From the human T2T-CHM13v2.0 reference genome, Homo sapiens: a DNA stretch of 64,000 nt. The notes under the pieces are model-generated. The model ran no database searches and was not told the DNA's origin. It saw only the letters and a program-made list of their open reading frames with translations. The stretch lies in assembly GCF_009914755.1 (NCBI RefSeq), contig NC_060931.1; one strand, 5' to 3'. The position numbers and the translations under genes are program-made. This document shows positions 43,256 through 62,922 of the stretch, in pieces (within the stretch, counting starts at the first letter, position 1; each line of letters starts with the position of its first letter).

Positions 43256-45689
43256 GATAAGGTCACATCTCAAGGAACTAGAGAAAGAAGAAAAAACCAA
43301 ACCCAAACCCTGCAGAAGAAAGGAAATAACCAAGAACAGAGAAGAAGTAAATGAAATTGAAACAAAAATACAATACAAAAAGTAAATGAAACAAAAAGCT
43401 GGTTCTTTGAAAAGATAAATAAAATTGATAGACCATTAGCAAGATTAACCAAGAAAAGAAGAAAGAAAATCCAAATAACCTCATTCAGAAACAAAACAGG
43501 AGATACTACAACAGACACCATTGAAATACAAAAGACCAACCAAGGCTACTATGAACACCTTTATGCACATAAACTAGTAAACCTTGAAGAAATTGATACA
43601 TTCCTGGAAAAATACAACCCTCTGAGCTTAAATAAGGAAGAATTAGATATGCTGAACAGACCAATAACAAGCAGTGAGATTGAAATGCTAATTTTAAAAT
43701 TACCAACAAAAAGTCTAGGACCAGATGGATTCACAGCAGAATTCTACCAAACATTCAAAGAAGAATTGTTACCAATCTTTTTGAAGCTATTTCACAAGAC
43801 AGAGAACGAAGAAACCATCCCTAATTCATTCTATGAAGTTAGCATCACCCTAATACCAAAACTCATGAAAGGACATAAGCAAAAAAGAAAACTACAGACT
43901 GATATCCTTGATGAACATAGATGCTAAAATCCTTAACAAAATACTAGCTAACTGAATCTAACAGCATATCAAAAAGATAATCCACCATGATCAAGTGGGT
44001 TTCATACCTGGGATGCAGGGACAGTTTAACATATGCAAGTCAATAAATGTGGTACACCACATAAACATAATTAAAAACAAAAATCACATGATCATCTCAA
44101 TAGATGAAAAAAAAAGCATTTGATGAAATCCAGCATCACTTTATGATTAAAACTCTCAGCAAAATCAGCATACAAGGGACATACTTCAATGTAATAAAAG
44201 CCACCTATGACAAACCCACAGGCAACATAATACTGAATAGGGAGAAGTTGAAAGCATTCCCTCTGAGAACTGAGACAAGACAAGGATGCCCATTCTCACC
44301 ACTCCTTTTCAAGATAGTACTGGAAGTCCTAGCCAGAGCAATTAGACAAGAGAAAAAAAGAAAGGGCATCCAAATCGGTAAAGAGGAAGTCAAACTGTCA
44401 CTGTTTGCTGACAATATAATCGTTTACCCTGAAAACCTTAAAGACTCTTCCAGAAAGCTCCTAGAACTGATAAAAAGAATTGAGCGAAGTTTCCAGATAC
44501 AAGACTAATGTGCACAAATCAGTAGCTCTTCTATACAAAAACAGTGACAAAGCAGAGAATCAAATCAAGAACTCAACCCCTTTTACAGTAGCTGCAAAAA
44601 ATAAAATAGTTAGGAATATACATAACCAAGGAGTTGAAAGAACTCTACAAGGAAAACTACTAAACACTGCTGAAAGAAATCACAGACAACACAAACAAAT
44701 GGAAACACATCTCATGCTCATGCATCGGTAGAATCAATATTGTGAAAATGACCATACTGCCAAAAGCAATCTACAAATTCAATGCAATCCCCATCAAAAT
44801 ACCACCACCATTCTTTACAGAATTAGAAAAAACAATTCTAAAATTCATATAGAACCAAAAAAGAGCCCACATAGCCAAGACAAGACTAAGCATAAAGAAC
44901 AAATCTGGAGGCATCACACTACCTGATTTCAAACTATACTATAAGGCCATAGTCACCAAAACAGTGTGGTACTGGTATAAAAATAGGCAAATAGGGCAAT
45001 GGAACAGAATAGACAACCCAGAAATAAACCCAAATACTTACGCCCAACTGATCTTTGACAAAACAAACAAAAATATAACATAGAGAAAGGACACCCTTTT
45101 CAACAAATGGTGCTGGGATAATTGGCTAGCCATTTGTAGGAGAATGAAAATGGATCTTCCTCTCTCACCTTATACAAAAATCAACTCAAGATGGATCAAG
45201 GACTTAAATCTAAGAGCTGAAACTATAAAAATTCTAGAAGATAACATTGGAGAGAACCCTTCTAGACGTTGGCTTAGGCAAAGATTTCATGACCAAGAAC
45301 CCAAAAGCAAACACAATAAAAATAAAGATAAATAATTGGGACTTAATTAAACTAAAGAGCTTTTGCACTGCAAAAGGAACAGTCAGCAGAATAAACAGAC
45401 AACCCACAGAATGGAAGAAAATATTCACAATCTATACATCTGATAAATGACTAATATCCAGAATCTACAACAAACTCAAACAAATCAGTAAGAAAAAACC
45501 GAACAGTCCCATCCAAATGTGGGCTAAAGACATCAATAGACTGGTCTCAAAAGAAGATATACAAATGGCCAGCAAACATATGGAAAAATGCTCAACAACA
45601 TTAATGATCAGGGAAATGCAAATGAAAACCACAATGTAATATGACCTCACTCCCACAAGAATGGCCATAATCAAAAAATCAAAAACAGG

Positions 45690-51861
<6,172 letters not shown>

Positions 51862-52284
51862 GAACATTACAACATGCTCTGCAGGGGTAAATGCTTTATC
51901 ATGTATTACTACATTTTAATCACATCTTTGTAAAGCCAGAAGCATTTTGAAAGTCACATTACAGACATTGTTTAAACATAGTTTGTATTTACCAAAGCAT
52001 AGGACGTTGTATCATCTCATATTAATTAGTTAGTTGGCTCAAAATTAGTGGTAATGACTTAGTAATTCAATAATTTCTCTTAGCTTTAAAACCTTCTTTA
52101 TTTCAGAACTATTTCACCTCTTGGTTTTTGTTTTTGCTGTGCATCACTGCCTGCCAGCTGCTAATCTCTTATCTCCCAGTGGATTACGTGTCCAGTGAAG
52201 GGACTGAATGAGATACTAGTGGCAAATTATATTGATGATTCATATTTTGAATAAATAGATTAAGCTTGTATAAACAAACAAACA
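51862..52284 (+). other. L1-mediated 3' transduction (~410 bp) with second poly(A) tail
   Basis: Non-L1 sequence between the L1 poly(A) and the 3' TSD. AATAAA at 52250-52255 and an A-rich tail from ~52271. TSD aaaaaatcaaaaacagg at 45673-45689 and 52285-52301. Confidence 0.92.
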
Positions 52285-53077
52285 AAAAAATCAAAAACAG
52301 GAGATGCTGGCATGGATGTGGTGATCAGGAAACACTTCTACACTGCTGGTGGGGATGTAAACTACTACAGCCACCAAGGAAAACAGTGTGGAGATTCTTT
52401 AAAGAACTAAAAGTAGATCCACCATTTGATCCAGCAATCTCACTACTGGGTATCTACTCAGAGGAAAAGAAGTCATTATACAAAAAAGATACTTGCACAC
52501 ACATGTCTATAGCAGCACAATTTACAGTTGCAAAATCATGAGACCAACCCAAATGCCTATCAATCAACAAGTGGATAAAGAAACCGTGATATAAACATAT
52601 GATGGAATACTACTGAGCCATAAAAAGGAATGAATTAACAGCATTTGCACTGACCTGAATGAGATTGGAGACTATTATTCTAAGTGAAGTAACTCAGGAA
52701 TGGAAAACCAAATGTCGTATGTTTTCACTGATATGTGGCAGCTAAGCTATGAGGACACAAAGGCATAAGAATTATACAATGGACTTTGGGGACTTATGGG
52801 GAAGAGTGGGAGGGAAGTGAGGGATAAAAGACAACATATATGGTGCAGTTGTATACTGTGTAGGTGATGAGTGCACCAAAATCTCACAAATCACCACTAA
52901 AGAACTTATTCATATAACCAAATACCATGTGTACCCCAATAACTTATGGAAAAATAAATAAATAAATAAAGTGTTAAAGAAATATCACAATGGAACAAGG
53001 CCCCTAGAAATTAACCTGAGTGCTGAAGCACTTTGTGAGCTAGAATCCGAGACAAAATAGTAATTGCAATGGTCTAT

Positions 53078-53178
53078 TACCTTGATTTGTCCAGAGCTGA
53101 GGAGTCTCCCAGGATAGAAGACTTTCAGTGCCAAAACTCAGAAAGTTCTGGGCAAACCAGGATAAGGTAGTCATCCTC
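53078..53178. mobile_element. MER94-like MITE
   Basis: gactttcagtgccaaaactcagaaagttctgggcaaaccaggat...gtcatcct. Confidence 0.55.
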
Positions 53179-53926
53179 AAGACGGTGGAATGCAGAAAGT
53201 GGGCAGAAATGCCAAGGTGTGATATCAATTATTTATCTAAATTATCTCAAAATGTGTCCAGGGCTGGGAGGCAGACATTTACATGAAAAGCGTGGGTGAG
53301 ATTTCTGTGTGTACAATCCAGACAGATGAAGTTCTTGGTTCACATGGGGCTTTCTATCAACGACCATTCACCAATGGAATTGGAGCCCTGAAAATTTACC
53401 CAGGGAATGTGTCTGGGGTCACTCCCTAGAGATACTACAAGACTGAATACAGGGTTGGAGTGCAAGGGCAGGGTACTTGGATCAGGGTAGTGCCAAACTG
53501 GCAAATGGAGATTCAGTGACAACTATTTCACAGTATTTAAGAGGTTGAAATGGCAAGCAAGTGAAGATAGGTGGATTAAATTGATCCCTGACACAAGCAC
53601 ATTATTTTGCCTATAAAACCAGGAAGAACAATCTGTCTCCTGTCCTGAGGGCACATTCATGACATTTGCCATTGTGCAGCTACTGTTGACTTTTCCTGCA
53701 GAAGAAAAATCTGTCTAAAAGGACATCTTGAAAGGCTAAGAGGGCGTGTTGGGACCTTCTGCCAGCTGGCCTGAAGAGGCTCACAAACCACCTCTTCCTC
53801 CTGGTTCCTTTGGAAATTCCACTGGGCAATGCAGACTGGTTCATCTTCTTGTACTTAACTGAGCTGCCAGGTTGGAAATAGTCCTAAACTTTTCGCACAG
53901 AGCTGTAATCTTAAACTGTAATTTTA

Positions 53927-54372
53927 TTTTATTTTATTTTTAAAATTTTTAAAATTTTAAATTTTTTTTTAAATTATTATACTTTTAAGTTATAGGGTAC
54001 ATGTGCACTAGGTGCAAGTTTGTTACATATGTATACATGTGCCATGTTGGTGTGCTGCACCCATTAACTTGTCATTTACATTAGGTATATCTCCTAATGC
54101 TATCCCTCCCCGCTCCCCCCACCCCACGACAGGCCCCGGTGTGTGATGTTCCCCTTCCTGTGTCCAAGTGTTCTCATTGTTCAACTCCCACTGATGAGTG
54201 AGAACATGTGGTGGTTGGTTTTTTGTCCTTGCGATAGTTTTCTGAAAATGATGGTTTCCAGCTTCATCCATGTCCCTACAAAGAAATAGGAACACTTTTA
54301 CACTGTTGGTGGGACTGTAAACTACTTCAACCATTGTGGAAGACAATGTGGCAATTCCTCAAGGATCTACAA
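53927..54372 (-). mobile_element. Short 5'-inverted L1PA4/5-like insertion
   Basis: Antisense 3' end 53927-54283 plus oppositely oriented fragment 54282-54370. TSD ttaaactgtaatttta at 53911-53926 and 54373-54388. Confidence 0.93.
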
Positions 54373-54987
54373 TTAAACTGTAATTTTAAATTGAGAGATG
54401 CAACATGGTGTAATGAGAAGTAGATGGCTTTTGTAACTACAGAAACCTAGTTTAACCTGGCCACTTACTTCCTGTATAACCTTAGGTACATTAATTAGTT
54501 TCTATGATCCTTAGTTCTCTCTCCATAACATTGGTTTAATAATATGTATCTCAGGGATTTTGTGATACATAGACATAACCATATGAACATGGAAAGCACA
54601 GTGTACATGAGGTATAGGAAGCCCCCCTTCCCCCCACCCCCCACAAAGTGGTCTAATTCTCTATCTGTGTGTGTGACTGTGTGTGCAAAACTGTACATGT
54701 GATTGTGTGTGTGTGCAGAGCTGTTCAGATAACCCCCTGCCCTACAGCCTTACCCAAGAACAGAAACTCTGTCTCATCCTTCCTCAACAGCTGTGTTGTA
54801 AACTGGGTGCATAGCTTTAATTTCACAGTCCACTAGGCTCTACTTCTCCATCTCCCCCATCGAACTCCATGCTCAAGATCACACTTGTGGCTTCTATCTC
54901 ATTGTAAAAAAAGGAGGTGGAGCATATTTCTTTGCAATTCATGGAGGAACATAAAGCTATCTCTGCCTCTTGGATGGCCTGTCCCAA

Positions 54988-56660
54988 ATGTCTTTCTCTA
55001 TAGGGTTTGCTATTAACTTCCCTCTCAGAACTGCTTTGCTGCATCCCATAAGTTTTGGTATATTGTATTTCCATTTTTGTTTGTAAGATTATTAATCTCC
55101 CTCTTAATTTCTTCTGTGACCTCTTGATTATTTCAAGGCATTTTATTTAATTTCCACACTTTGTAGAATTTTCCAAGATCTCTCCTGTTATTGATTTCTA
55201 GTTTTATGCCATTGTAATTGGAGAAGATACTTGATATGATTTCAATTTTCTTAAATCTGTTAAGACTTGTTTTTTGTTTGTTGGTTTGTTTTTGGCCTAA
55301 CATATGATCTATCTTAGAGAATGTCCCATGTCCACTTGAGACAACTGTGAATTCTGTTACACTTGGATACAATGTTCTGTTTGTCTGGTTTATTTGGTCA
55401 AATGTGTAATTCAAGTCCAATGTTTCCCTATTGATTTTCTGTTTAAATGATTTGTCTGTTCTTGAAAGTGGGGCATTGTGTTTCCCTAATATTATGGTAT
55501 TAGTGTACATTTCTCCCTTTAGATTACTTAATAGTTTCATAATACATTACATGCTCCAATTTGGGGTTTATATGTATTTACAGTTGTTATGTCCTCTTTA
55601 TGAATTTATCCCTTTATTATTATATATGACCTTCTTTGTCTCCTTTTTAAGGTTTTTGACTTAAGGACTATTTTCTTGATATGAGCATAGCTCTCCCTGG
55701 TCTTTTTTGGTTTCCGTTTGTGTAAAATATCTTCTTCCATCCCTTGAATTTTACTCTCTTTGTGTCCTTACTAATAAAGAGAGTCATTTATAAGTAGTCT
55801 ATACTAAGATCTTTTTCTGTTTGTTTTAAGCCATTCAGCCACATTTATGTCTTTTAATTTGAGAATTTAATCTATTTACATTTAATATAGTAATTGATAG
55901 GTAAGAACTTTCTACTCCCATTTTGTAATTTGTTTTCTGGGTATTTTGTGGATATTTTGCCTTTTTCTCACTTGCTGTCTTTCACTATGGTTTGATGGTT
56001 TTCTGTAGTGATATGCTTTGAATTCTTTCTTTTTATATTTTGTGTAACTACTATAGAGTTTTGCTTTGTGGCTACCTTGAGGCTTATGTAAAACATTGTA
56101 TACTTAATAACAAGCTATTTTAAGCTAATAACAACTTAACTTTAATCACATACAAAAACTCTACATTTACAGCCCCTCCCACCTTTTATGACATTGATGA
56201 CAAAATTAACATCTTTTTGTAATTTTTATCCCCTAACAATTTATTGTACCTGCAGTTGTTTTTAATAATTTTGTTTTTTAACCATAATACTACAGATAAA
56301 ATTTCTGAATTCACCACATTTATAGTATTAGAGTATTCTGAGTATCACTATATATTAATGTATCATCAAGTTTTGTACTTTTATACATCTTATGTCATTC
56401 CTTAGCAGCCTTTAGTTTCAGCTTAAAGAACTCCCTTTAGCAATTCCTGTAAGACAGGCCTAGTGGTAATAAAATCCCTTAGCTTTTATTTGTCAGGAAA
56501 AGTTTTTATTTCTCCCTCATGTCTGAAAGAAAGCTTTGCTAGGTAAAGTATTTTTGGTTGGCAGTCCTTTTTTTTTTGCTTTTACCATTTTGAATACATC
56601 ATCCTACTCTCTCCTGGACTGTAAAACTTTTGCTGAGAAATTTTCTGACAGCAGTATAGG
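54988..56660 (-). mobile_element. Old L1M fragment (ORF1 end and endonuclease region)
   Basis: ORF 55133-55540 (HGTFSKIDHMLG...IFSNYNGIKLEINN) is L1 endonuclease-like. Confidence 0.85.
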
Positions 56661-56667
56661 GACTCCT

Positions 56668-57651
<984 letters not shown>

Positions 57652-57699
57652 TATAATACTTTTTTGAAAAGTCAAATATTTTTCAGTGCAATCAATTTA

Positions 57700-58724
57700 T
57701 TGAGAGAAAATTTGAGCATAATGAGAATTTCATATTTTCTTACAGGCAGTTTCAGCAGCAAGAAGCACAAAGTGAAATAGAAACTGTACCAAGTTAAACC
57801 AATTCACATAAGAATACACAAAACACACTCATATACCTCAAACATCTAAAAGCTATCTCGGTACACTGAGTGTATTGATCTCAAGGGTTTGTTTATTGTC
57901 TTGTTACATTTGAAAACTACTGTATATAAGCAAACACTCTTTCAATATCCCAAACATGTTTAAGTGTCCTGGTTCAAAACACCAGCAGGGAAAATGGAAA
58001 AAAAGGGCATACTATTTGTATGTGAAGACTTTAAACAGAAATTACCCAATCCTGTAGAAATGGCTCCCTTCAGTGTTATTAATGGCTAATTCAGTGGTTT
58101 CAAACATCACTACAATCTCCAAAGCCTTCGGCCATCAGATGACACCATAAGTTCAAATGAGAAAGCCACAAAAGAATTTTCAGCAGTGATATTAAAATTA
58201 ATTGAAGAAGATAGCTACACATTGGTTCAAAAATGGCAATTTTGAAAAAACAGACACGCATTAAAAATCTCAAAGTACCTACAACCCAAAGGCAAGAAAA
58301 AAATGCCCAAGTATTTAAGAATTGCAAAAGATCAAGAGTCAACAAATCCAGCCAAAGACAATGAATCCTGCCCATCCACACCTGGTGTTATAGCCTTCTG
58401 TCTGATGTCTGATAACTCTCCTTCTACTACTTCACAGTATCCCACATGCTGCTACCTCCTGACACCTATTTCCACAAGGAAATTTCATGTATTCTTCAAT
58501 ATAAACTCTCATAATTATTGTAGTATTTATGTATGTTTTAACTATCAAATATGTGTAATAGTGTACTATTCCTTTTGTTTACCTCTTTATTTATCACTGA
58601 CAATGTACTTGAGTGTTATACCATTAATCCCATTTTTCTCATAACTCAGTTTTTATTGTACAATTTTGCATATTGCAGTGATTTTTAGGAACATATATGG
58701 CACATTATAGGAGAACTGACTGTA
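57700..58724 (+). mobile_element. Tigger/pogo-like DNA transposon remnant
   Basis: 58171-58230 translates KEFSAVILKLIEEDSYTLVQ, resembling Tigger transposase. TIR-like end ttttaggaac...ttataggagaactgactgTA. Left boundary uncertain. Confidence 0.5.
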
Positions 58725-59062
58725 CAGACCCAAATTAAATTAGCGGATATTTGTACCAAAAGACATGTACAAAAAAATCTTAACAGGTTTATTCAAAATA
58801 GCAAAAACTATAATGCTAAAATAAAGAATGGTACATTTAGATAATATAGTACTAAACATCAGTGAAAAATATTTAGTTACTGCTAAGTGCAACAGCCTAG
58901 GTAAATCCCATAAAAATAATGTTCACAGAAAGAAGCTAGAAACCAGGAAGTAGGTATATTATGATTCTATTTATATGAAGTTCAATAAAAGAAAATAATA
59001 GTCTTTGATGAGAGAAATTAGAATCACCGCTTAACCTTATGGGGTATTGACACAAAGAGGTC

Positions 59063-59478
59063 ATCTTAGTCTATTCTTCCTGCTCTTAGAAAATACCAGA
59101 TACTTGGTAATTTATAAACAATAGAAATTTATTTCTCACAGCTCTGGAGCCTGGGAAGCCCAAGGCCAAGGCAGTAGCATATTCCGTGGCTGGTGAAGGC
59201 TTACTCTCTGCTTCCAAGATGGTATCTTGTTGCTGTGTTCTCACATGGCAGAAGAGTGAAAGGGTAAAAGGAGTGAATGCTACATGCTCACATGACAGAG
59301 AGAAAAGGAAAAATGTTAGGCAGTTTTCTGAAGCCTCTTTTATAAGGGCATTAATACTATTTATGAGGATTTCAACCTTATGATGTAATCACCTCCCAAA
59401 GGCCCTACCTCTTAATACTATCACTTTAGTGATTAAATTTCAAAATATGAATTTGGGAGACATATTAAGACCATAACA
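59063..59478 (-). mobile_element. MST-type MaLR solo LTR
   Basis: ggtaatttataaacaatagaaatttatttctcacagctctggag...aatcacctcccaaaggccc...gaccataaca. Confidence 0.85.
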
Positions 59479-59619
59479 GAGCACAAGGAGAGCTTCTAGT
59501 GTACAATAAATTATCTATATTTTAATTTGCTTGGTAGTTTCAGAGGGTTACTCCTTTGTAAAAATGTATCAAGGTCAACTTAAAATCTGGGTATTTTATG
59601 TATGTTATACCTCAATAAA

Positions 59620-60580
59620 AATATTTACCAACAAATTATTTAAAAATATGTAGGGAGAATTAAAATACATAGCAGCAATAACATACAAAGTTGGAGACAA
59701 GGATAAAATAAAATTATCTAAGGCTTTGTATTGTTCAGAAAGAGTTGATATAATTAATATTAGACTTTCATGTTACATCTGTATGTAGGATAAAATTTCT
59801 AGGATAACCACAAAAAATATTTATAGATTGTATAACATCAAAGCTAATGTAGAAAAGAAACTGAATAATAAAAAAGTGTTATAAATTCTAAAGAAGGCAA
59901 AAAATAAAAGGAAAAAAATATGGAAGAGGGAGAAAAATATGTATACTATATAGTTTGATAGTAATTAAAACCCAAATATTGTATATCAAGTTTTATGTTA
60001 AATGTAAATATATGAAATGTTTAGATTAAAAGACTAATATGTTCAGATTGTAGAAAAATTCCAAAATCCACTTATATGCAGCTTATAAAAGTCACATCCA
60101 TTAAGAGTATTAAAAGGTAGAAAATGAAAGCATGCAAGAGAATTCAGCAGGCAATAACTAACGAAATACAGCTGGTGTCACTACATTAATATTAGACAGA
60201 ACAGACTTTATGGCCAAAAATATTCTATGTTTTCATTGCCAAAAGGTGAGTACAACAGGCAAATATAACAATCATGAATTTATATGCACCTAATAACACA
60301 GGCTCAAAATGCATAAACTTTTACAAAATAAGGAGAAATAGGAGAAATTACAACTCTTCCATTGTAAAAAATTTTAATATACCACTCTCTGTATATTATT
60401 TTACAAATTCAGTATGCATATACACTACCTAATGAAAACAATTTTAAACCTTAATCCAATAGGTATATATAAAACATGGTACTCAAAAATACACATTCTT
60501 TTCAAGCATACACATAAATAACTTCACAGAAACTGAAAAAAAATGTTTAAATATATCTCAAATGATGGAAATTATGCAGT
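59620..60580 (+). mobile_element. Ancient L1M fragment
   Basis: A-rich sequence with degenerate endonuclease-region motifs (atttatatgcacctaataacaca; tacacattcttttcaagc). Confidence 0.6.
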
Positions 60581-60581
60581 A

Positions 60582-61000
60582 TGTATTGGTTTCCTATTGT
60601 TGCTGTAACAATTTGCCATAAATGTAGTGTCCATAAACAACACAAATTTATTATCTTACAGTTCTGGTGATCAGAAGTCCTAAATCAAGGAGTTGGCAGG
60701 GCTGTGTTCCTTCTGGAGGCTCTAGGAGAGAATGGATTCCAATGCCTTTCCAGAGTCTAGAGGCCACCTGCATTCCTTGGCTTACAGCTCCTTTGCATCA
60801 TTCTGAACTCTGCATCTGTCATCACATCTTCTCTCCCCTTGACACTCCTGCCTGCCTCTTTCCTTTATAGGAAGTTTTAGTATTGCATTAGGCCCACCCA
60901 GATAACCCTGGATAGTCTTCTTAACTTAATGACATCTGGAGAGCCCTTTTTGCCATGTAAGGTTACATACAGTCTCCAGAGATTAGGACATAGACAATTT
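60582..61000 (-). mobile_element. MLT1 (B/C/D-like) MaLR LTR
   Basis: tgtattggtttcctattgttgctgtaaca...aaatttattatcttacagttctgg...ctggaggctctaggagagaat. Confidence 0.85.
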
Positions 61001-61009
61001 TTTTTCAAG

Positions 61010-62533
61010 ATATTTTCTATGTTATCTTCATTAGATTTTTAATTACTTAGGAAAATTATGCTTAAAGGGGGTTAAAGTTTTTACATTCATATAACCTTCT
61101 GTATTGACTTCAAAGTTTTTTTTATCACTTTGGTTAAATAAGGAACTATTATTTTACAATAATCTATGATTCTGTTTTAATCAAATGTTTTGAACCTTTT
61201 AGCATCTTCAAAAAACATTCTCAAAATCAAATAATCATTGCTAATTCTTCATGTTTTATTTTCCAGAGTCAAGAAAACCTTTTTCTTTAAAACTATTTAT
61301 AGTTTACAAGCTTGAGTAAAACAATAAAGTTTATCTATGTCTCTACCTGATCCAGAATTTGAAAACTATTCAAAATTCCCCTAGGACTAGGGACAATTGC
61401 AGAAGAGGTGAGTGCCTGAGATTGTAAGAGCGAGTTTTCAGACAGAAAATTCTTTCAGACCTTCCAAACCAAAGATGGATACACAGGTGTCTAAATAGCT
61501 GATGGCTCAACACATAGAATTTATAGATAAGTCAATTTTTTAACACTGCTTTTTGGCTTTGGGTTTTTGGCTCTTATGTTACTTAGAGGGTTTCAAGGAT
61601 TAATGAGTGCCTACCCACCTCTATTCCCATATAGCCTAAAATGTTTAGTTGTTTATAAGTCTTTTGGCTCAAATTTCCTTGGCCATAGGGTTCCTGCCAA
61701 GGGACATGAGGGACCCTGGACAAGTTGCCACGCCACCACAGCAACTGTATGGGACAAAATAAAATATTGGCCATCAATGCTGCTTCTGGTATATCTTGAC
61801 CAAAAACGGGGAATGTAAACTAAAAAATAAAATCTTAAGCCACCCATCGTCTGAATGGACCCCACCCCCATTGGCCAAGGGAACCCCACAAAAATTTAAA
61901 AACTTAGTTCCCCTCCATGATGGGACAGGAAGGCAGACATGTCCCATTATACCCCCTCTCTTTTATGGTGTAGACACAACAACTGACCAGCATTGATATT
62001 AAAATAGAGATCATAAGACCGACAGAACAGACTCTGTGTGGCAATAAGATACCAAATTATAAAAGACCTATCTTAGGTCTTAAGATACCTAAGACCATGC
62101 CAGGTAAGAGTTAATTCACACACCCCTATGCTTAAAGGATAAATTATGTTCTAACTGCCACAAGGTTTTCTTTTTTCTAGCAGCTATTTTAAGCTGAAAA
62201 AGAAAAATAAGGAATCATAAAACAATTTTCAGCTCCACCAGATGCTGAAAAACTGAACTCCTGTTCCACCAGTCACAGCTGTAACTTTTACTGGATAAGA
62301 TACTGATTTCAGTAACTTTCTTCTGATAAAAATACTACTAATCACAGACTAGTTCTGGCCAGTTTACAGAAATTGTGCAATTGTGTACCTTTTTGTCCTA
62401 AAAAGACCTTTGACATACAGGACCTAATTGTAATATATTTAAATGTTGTCTCCACCCCAAAGTAAACATGGGTCATATGTTACATGTTTGTTCAGTACAA
62501 ATTTGTCAAGGCCACTTTCATAAATATTCATAG
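61010..62533 (+). mobile_element. ERV1 MER4-group internal remnant plus LTR (LTR starts 61814)
   Basis: Purine tract aaaaacggggaa followed by tgtaaactaaaaataaaatcttaagcc...ctgaatggacccc. The LTR is interrupted at 62533. Confidence 0.75.
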
Positions 62534-62922
62534 TGTCAGGCCTCTGAGCCCAAGCTAAGCCATCATATCCCCTGTGACCTGCATGTATACAGCCAGATGG
62601 CCTGAAGCAACTGAAGGTCCACAAAAGAAGGGAAAATAGCCTTAACTGATGACATTCCACCATTGTGATTTGTTCCTGCCCCACCCTAACTGATAAGATA
62701 TAGTTTCCCCCCCGCCCTTAAGAAGGTACTTTGTAACATTCTCCCCCACCCTTAAGAATATACTTTGTACGCCTATCCCAAACCTATAAGAACTAATGAT
62801 AATCCCACCACCCTTTGCTGACTCCTTTTTTGGACTCAGCCTGCCTGCACCCAGGTGAAATAAACAGCCTTGCTGCTCACACAAAGCCTGTTGGTGGTCT
62901 CTTCACACAGACGTGCGTGACA
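62534..62922 (+). mobile_element. LTR7-family 5' LTR of HERV-H
   Basis: tgtcaggcctctgagcccaagctaagccatc...TATA-like cctataag...AATAAA at ~62859...ctcttcacacagacgtgcgtgaca with TG...CA ends. Confidence 0.95.
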
